Assembly: GCA_965216315.1 (NCBI GenBank)
Contig: CBDCFN010000015.1
Location: 352,001 to 416,000 of the forward strand
Source of the DNA: a bacterium
GTDB taxonomy: Bacteria; UBA10199; 2-02-FULL-50-16; JAJFLM01
Direction: 5' to 3'
DNA: 64,000 nt
Shown: positions 58,915-64,000 of the stretch, piece after piece
Layout of the letters: every line of letters begins with the position of its first letter
How positions within the stretch are numbered: the first letter of the stretch is position 1
Made by a program: the position numbers and the translations under genes
The notes under the pieces: model-generated
What the model was told of the DNA's origin: nothing
The model's database searches: none
The model's input: the letters and a program-made list of their open reading frames with translations, nothing else

Positions 58915-60624
58915 TCAAGGCGTACTCGGTACGGGCAAGAACCAAAGCGCGCGATTAGCGCCATAAACCGCGGTCAAAAAACGCGCGCCACGGTGCTGTC
59001 CCTCGGGCCACTGGGTTCCGCTGATGATGAGAGGTGTCGTGGGAATAAGGTTTTGACTCATTGAAAAGAGGTGAATCTTGGACTCTGGCAATAGAAAGTG
59101 CAATCCTGTTATGAAGGCCGTGCGTCCGGGATAGACGGATGGGGCGTCGACATCAAAGTTGATGTGAGCGGCATAGGGGCCCAGTTCTCGGATCGAAGCG
59201 GCAATCTGGAAATGCCGGGCGAGGTAGTGTCCTTTGGAAAGGATGCGGCGATAGGCATGAGCCGTGCTCAATACGAAGGCCATAGAGACCAGAATGAGTC
59301 CCATCGCATAGGCGCGCTTCGTACTAAGTGCGAGCGTGAACCAGATTCCACAGACGACGAGGGTGCCGACGGCAAAACTCAAACTCGTGGTTCCGTATAA
59401 ATACCATGGTCCTAAGCCAAATAGACTCGAGCCTGGATCATGAACAGCTGGGAACACCTGTACGCCGCGAATTGCATAGAGCAGCGCTGTTATGGCAACG
59501 ATGATCAATGGTACCAGCAAGACTTTTCGCCAGCTACGCGGTTTCATTTCGGTGTAGAGCCCCAACAACGCAATTGCAATAAAGACCGCGATGAAACCTT
59601 CATTATAGCGTCCATAAATAAAATTGACCCATTCCGGGATGATTAAGATGCGCCCGGCCAAGTGTAGATTGGCGGTGAAGAACATGCCCGTGCTGGTAGT
59701 CAGTAGAAATAAGAGGGTATGTGACTCGCTATTGCGAAAGCAGCCTAGCGCTGTTTGTTGTCCGGCCTTCCATAGCGTGCGGATCAGAAAGAAAATCCCG
59801 AAGAGAAAGAGGCCGTAGGTGGCGACGGTCAGGTACCACGTCTGCCCCAGGGCTTCGATGAAGAATTCCCACCAGCCGCTAAGTGTCGATAAAGTTACGA
59901 ATAAATCAGTGACCGAATGTCGAATTGCTCCGACTGCGAAAGCGACGTGCTCATTGATCCATTCGACCATGAAATACCCTCCGAGCAGACAGCTGCACCC
60001 GAGTCCTCCGGTCCAGAGAGAAAGGCGTCGTATAAACATGAGGATAATCAGATGAAGGAAACTCAAGATAATGACGGGAAAGGCCTTGCCATGGGCGGCA
60101 TAGAGCAGGGGCACGATGAGTCCGAAGAGCAGAACCCAACGAATGTTGCCGCGGATGCACAATCGCCAAAAGGTGATGATAGCGCCGGTGTACAAAGGAA
60201 TGAAGAGGTTTTCTGAAAGGGCAAACTGAGCATTGATGATAAAGGCGGGATAGAGTGCCGTGACAAAGGCGATCGCAGCGGCCAACTTAAGCGGCGCTTT
60301 CAGAATGCGATGGATGAGTACCAAGAGAGAAAAATAAATGGTACTCAACAGGCTGGCATTGAATAACAATACGGCTTTGTAGGCCTGCAGTGGATCCGTG
60401 AAAATCCAGAGAAAGGGCGCAATGAGGGCGGGGTAAAGGGAGGGCCTTAGGTATTGACCGGTAAGGTCCGGGATGATGCCAGAGCCGGCAAAGTAGCGCG
60501 CTGTTACCAGGAACGAAAATTCATCTGGAACGACGCTGGGAAACCGGACTTTTAAGCTGAGCGCTGCATGGAACGCGACGAGGGCGAGATACGGGATACA
60601 GTACCAAAGGCGGGACTTAGACAT
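58915..60624 (-). CDS. Polytopic membrane protein, probable GT-C glycosyltransferase
   Basis: PDE after TM1, YP..IAP, SENL, YGRY; many TM segments. Confidence 0.65.
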   Translation of the reverse strand: MSKSRLWYCIPYLALVAFHAALSLKVRFPSVVPDEFSFLVTARYFAGSGIIPDLTGQYLRPSLYPALIAPFLWIFTDPLQAYKAVLLFNASLLSTIYFSLLVLIHRILKAPLKLAAAIAFVTALYPAFIINAQFALSENLFIPLYTGAIITFWRLCIRGNIRWVLLFGLIVPLLYAAHGKAFPVIILSFLHLIILMFIRRLSLWTGGLGCSCLLGGYFMVEWINEHVAFAVGAIRHSVTDLFVTLSTLSGWWEFFIEALGQTWYLTVATYGLFLFGIFFLIRTLWKAGQQTALGCFRNSESHTLLFLLTTSTGMFFTANLHLAGRILIIPEWVNFIYGRYNEGFIAVFIAIALLGLYTEMKPRSWRKVLLVPLIIVAITALLYAIRGVQVFPAVHDPGSSLFGLGPWYLYGTTSLSFAVGTLVVCGIWFTLALSTKRAYAMGLILVSMAFVLSTAHAYRRILSKGHYLARHFQIAASIRELGPYAAHINFDVDAPSVYPGRTAFITGLHFLLPESKIHLFSMSQNLIPTTPLIISGTQWPEGQHRGARFLTAVYGANRALWFLPVPSTP

Positions 60625-61471
60625 TCTTCAGTTTGAGAATCGCCGCAGTTTCTTCAACCGTTGCCGGCGCACGGCCGCGTTCCTTGACCTTGGTGACGGC
60701 TGCCGCGACGAGATCGCCGTTACTCGCGGCCATCTCACCACCCGGTAGATAGAAATTGTCTTCCAGGCCGACCCGGATATCGCCGCCAAGCTCCAGGGCC
60801 TCATCGATCAAGGCCCATTGCTCCCGACTAATACCAATTACCTCCCAATGCGAGTTTTCAGGCAGATTCTCCGCCATGCACTTGAGGTTACCGGGCTGAG
60901 CGGGAATGCCTCCCAAGACACCAAGAATCAACGAATAATGAAACGGCGGTTTCAAGAGTTCGAGATCGATAAAGGGCAGGGAGTTGCCGACATGCCCGAC
61001 GTCGAAACACTCGAGTTCGGGTAAGGCAGCTGCGGCGTTGATATGCTCGAGGCAATAGCGAATGTCTTTGAAGGGATTGGCAAAGACGTGATCGTGGTAA
61101 AACTTCTTTTTCTTCGGGCTGTACATCGCGTAGTTCATCGAGCCCATGTTGAGGGCGGCGATCGCGGGTTTGTGGTCCGTGATGTGTTGGACGCGCTCTT
61201 CAATCGGCAGGCCGATACCGCCGCTGGAAAAATTCAAGATGACCGGACAACGTTTTTGGATCTCGGCCTTGATCTCGCCGAAGACCGCGGACTCCCATGA
61301 GGGTCCCCCCTCAGCGGTGCGTGCGTGAATGTGAACGACGGCCGCGCCGGCCTCGTAGGCCCGCTGGGCCTCTTCGGCGATCTCGACGGGTGAATAGGGA
61401 ATCGCCGGGCACTGTTCCTTCTTGGCGAGGACACCGGTGAGCGCACAGGTAATGATACATTTATTTGACAT
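60617..61471 (-). CDS. Beta-keto acid cleavage enzyme (3-keto-5-aminohexanoate cleavage family)
   Basis: ITCALTG, VHIHAR, NMGS, PELECFD, RVGLEDN. Confidence 0.93.
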   Translation of the reverse strand: MSNKCIITCALTGVLAKKEQCPAIPYSPVEIAEEAQRAYEAGAAVVHIHARTAEGGPSWESAVFGEIKAEIQKRCPVILNFSSGGIGLPIEERVQHITDHKPAIAALNMGSMNYAMYSPKKKKFYHDHVFANPFKDIRYCLEHINAAAALPELECFDVGHVGNSLPFIDLELLKPPFHYSLILGVLGGIPAQPGNLKCMAENLPENSHWEVIGISREQWALIDEALELGGDIRVGLEDNFYLPGGEMAASNGDLVAAAVTKVKERGRAPATVEETAAILKLKNV

Positions 61472-61484
61472 ATTGTTAGCGATT

Positions 61485-61517
61485 AAATCCCCCTAACCCC
61501 CCTTTACAAAGGGGGGA
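61485..61517 (-). repeat. CCCCCTTT/AAAGGGGG REP-like element
   Basis: Inverted near-copy of 47077-47108. Confidence 0.7.
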
Positions 61518-63071
61518 TCAAACGGGGCTGACTCCATGTTTTTTTGGTAACTGCTGAACCTGTTTATTGGCCGTCAACTCCAACGCCTCCCATAGGACCT
61601 TGCGCGTATCCCGCGGATCGATGACCTCGTCGATGTAATGTCCCGCCGCCGCCTGCTCGACGGAGATACGTTTGGCATATTCCTCGACCAGTTTCTTGCG
61701 CACCTCTTCGCCGCCTTTTTCGATCTCCTTGCGGAAGATAATATTGACCGCGCCTTCTGCGCCCATTAAGGAGATCTCCGCTGAAGGCCAGGCATAGACG
61801 CGATCGGCTCCGAAGGAGCGCCCGCACATCGCGTAGTAACCCGCGCCGTACGCCTTGCGGATCACGACGGTTAGTTTGGGAACACTGGCGCGGCTAACCG
61901 CGTACAGAAGCTTGGCGCCATGCCGAATGATGCCGGCCTTTTCGACCTTGCTGCCGACCATGAAACCGGGAACGTCTTGTAAAAAGATCAACGGGATGTT
62001 GAAGGCATCGCAGAGGTTGATGAAACGGGCGCCCTTGTCGGCCGAATCGTTATCGAGGATGCCGCCTGCGACCTGGGGTTGGCTCGCGACGATGCCGACC
62101 GGGTGACCGCCGAGACGGGCAAAGCTCGTGATCAGCGTCGGGCCGAACGCGGGTTTCAGCTCCAGCAGCGAGCCACTGTCCGCAATAAGCTTGAGGATGT
62201 CGCGCATGTCGTAGGGTTGACGCGAGTTGTCGGGGAGAATGTTCAAAATTTCATCCGAGATCAACTGGCCTTTTTCTTCGGTTTCAATCTCTTGTCGCGG
62301 GGGTGTTTCCCCACTGTGCGCAGGAAAGTAACTTAAATATTTTCGGATGGTACGGATGCAGTCTTCGTCATCCGACGCTTCGTAATCGGCGACCCCGGAG
62401 ACTTCACAGTGGACGGTCGACCCGCCAAGGTCTTCGACGCTGACTTCTTCGCCGGTGACCGCCTTGACGAGCGGGGGGCCCGCGAGGGCCATCGACGAGG
62501 TCCCCGCGACCATCGGAATAAAGTCACACAAGGCGGGGATGTAGGCCGTGCCGGCGGCACAGGGTCCCATCACCGCGGCAACGGTCGGGATGACCCCGCT
62601 CATTTGGATCAACTCGTAAAATACCGAACCGCTCTCGGCGAAATGCGAGCCGGCGACCTCTTGGATGCGTGCGCCGGCAGAGTCGACCAACCAGATCAAG
62701 GGCACACGTTCCTGCACCGCCATCTGGCGGATGCGCGTCGATTTGCGTTCGTTGACCTCACCGATCGTGCCCGCCATCACGGTAAAATCGTAGGCGATGA
62801 CGTAGGCCTTGCGGCCGTTGATCGTGCCGTGTCCCGCGACCATGCCGTCGGCGGGAGTTGCCTTGTCCTTCATGTCGGGATGATAGGATTGATGGTGATC
62901 GAGGGAGCCCTGCTCGACGAAGCTCCCTTCGTCAAAAAGTTTGGCGATGCGTTCACGCGCGGTGAGTTTGCTGTCGAGGTGCTGCTTGCGCACCGCCTCC
63001 TTGCCGCCCATCTCGCGTGCCTTGGCTTGCAGCGCACTGATGTGATCGCTTTGGTCTTTAAGTTTCCCCAT
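61518..63071 (-). CDS. Acyl-CoA carboxylase carboxyltransferase (beta) subunit
   Basis: KLTARERI, DSAGARIQE, DVPGFMVG, RKAYGAG. Confidence 0.95.
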   Translation of the reverse strand: MGKLKDQSDHISALQAKAREMGGKEAVRKQHLDSKLTARERIAKLFDEGSFVEQGSLDHHQSYHPDMKDKATPADGMVAGHGTINGRKAYVIAYDFTVMAGTIGEVNERKSTRIRQMAVQERVPLIWLVDSAGARIQEVAGSHFAESGSVFYELIQMSGVIPTVAAVMGPCAAGTAYIPALCDFIPMVAGTSSMALAGPPLVKAVTGEEVSVEDLGGSTVHCEVSGVADYEASDDEDCIRTIRKYLSYFPAHSGETPPRQEIETEEKGQLISDEILNILPDNSRQPYDMRDILKLIADSGSLLELKPAFGPTLITSFARLGGHPVGIVASQPQVAGGILDNDSADKGARFINLCDAFNIPLIFLQDVPGFMVGSKVEKAGIIRHGAKLLYAVSRASVPKLTVVIRKAYGAGYYAMCGRSFGADRVYAWPSAEISLMGAEGAVNIIFRKEIEKGGEEVRKKLVEEYAKRISVEQAAAGHYIDEVIDPRDTRKVLWEALELTANKQVQQLPKKHGVSPV

Positions 63072-63187
63072 CGCGTCCTCGCATGCTCGGCGTTTTATTC
63101 ACCTTTGTCAAAAAATAATCGGATTCGCGTTATCATTTTGAGAATATTCTCATTTTGATAATGAAATGAAATAAAAAACAATATAAA

Positions 63188-63239
63188 TATCAAATAGTTA
63201 TCAAGGAAATGCCCCTTCGTGCATGGCATGGTAATTGCA
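63188..63239 (+). promoter_or_regulatory. IHF site plus sigma54 promoter
   Basis: TATCAA-ATAG-TTA at 63188-63200; TGGCATGGTAATTGCA at 63224-63239. Confidence 0.72.
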
Positions 63240-63288
63240 TTGAAATGCACGCGACCAGTTGATTACTGATTTTAGTGAAGGGGGAGTC

Positions 63289-64000
63289 ATGCTCAAAAAG
63301 ATAATTTTGATCACATTCTGCGGTTTGTTTGTGTTCGGATTCAACATTGCAACAAGAGTTGATGCCGCCGAACTTAAAGAAGCACCTCGTGAAATAATGG
63401 TGGTGCGCCCCACGATTCTCCAACAGGACACCCTTCAAATCAACGAAGTGCCTTTTACTAAGTTGAAGCGTCTCGCCTATGAAGTGCTCGCACTTAAAGA
63501 ACAGATCGGTCAGAAAAAATATCAGGCCTGGGTCGCGCGAGAAGCGAGAATCAAAGCCTTGGCCGATCAAATATCCATTCCTAAAACGGATACGAACTTA
63601 CTCAGCCAAAACTCGATTCGGTCAAAAGTTTCCTCCAGCTTTTTTGGAAACTTATTCTCCCGCTTCTTCGGTAAGCAAGATGATGCCAAGACGATTGAAA
63701 GCAAACCAATCAAGTCGGTACTGCGACCGGAACTCGAGCAAAAGCAAATACGTGCCGCAGCTATTAAACCCAGTGCAACCCCAAGCTTCGGCAAGCTGGC
63801 CGTGCAAGAGCGCCTCAGAAATCAAGAGATAAAACGGTTGGAGAATAAAATTGCGGATAAAGTGGAGGTAATTTCCGGTTTAATTGAGTCAATCTTTGGG
63901 AGTGTTCCGACAGATGTGCAGATCGACGGCTCAAGCCTTAAACTGGAAGCGGCTGTCGCGACCATAGCTAGCTTAGCCTGGGCCGATGCCATCACCAGGC
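63289..64000 (+). CDS. Secreted hypothetical protein, 3' end outside the window
   Basis: GGGGAG RBS; MLKKIILITFCGLFVFGFNIATRVDA signal; frame open to the window end; not in the ORF track. Confidence 0.78.
   Translation, partial: MLKKIILITFCGLFVFGFNIATRVDAAELKEAPREIMVVRPTILQQDTLQINEVPFTKLKRLAYEVLALKEQIGQKKYQAWVAREARIKALADQISIPKTDTNLLSQNSIRSKVSSSFFGNLFSRFFGKQDDAKTIESKPIKSVLRPELEQKQIRAAAIKPSATPSFGKLAVQERLRNQEIKRLENKIADKVEVISGLIESIFGSVPTDVQIDGSSLKLEAAVATIASLAWADAITR

Overview
Origin-proximal chromosomal segment of a deltaproteobacterial-type bacterium (Myxococcota/Bdellovibrionota-like; inferred from the mnmG-rsmG-parA-parB-bactofilin-atpF'FHAGDC order with atpB/atpE absent from the operon). The housekeeping backbone carries three perfect parS sites, smpB, two acyl-CoA dehydrogenases and an acyl-CoA carboxylase beta subunit. 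The main undescribed signal is a nine-copy promoter motif, CAAC-N14-(G)CCGA(T/A)NA, resembling a sigma28/FliA promoter with a variant -35. It sits only in front of orphan or highly divergent genes, usually 7-10 nt before the start codon. The products of these genes all begin with an uncharged Ser/Thr/Ala/Gly/Leu-rich leader that is not a Sec signal. The set includes a 3,854-aa divergent fungal/mycobacterial-type FAS-I with a stand-alone ACP, an AcpS-type PPTase fusion, a PlsC-like acyltransferase, a RelA/SpoT-domain protein and a GNAT. I infer a co-regulated, possibly exported effector set for lipid synthesis and alarmone signalling. Other items: a candidate RiPP locus (9x octapeptide-repeat precursor between two B12-dependent radical SAM genes), a c-di-GMP-I riboswitch ahead of a Tat substrate with its own tatABC, a candidate sigma54 sRNA, a duplicated smpB 5' end, and REP-like palindromes, some in frame inside genes. 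No tRNA, rRNA, CRISPR array or transposase was recognised.
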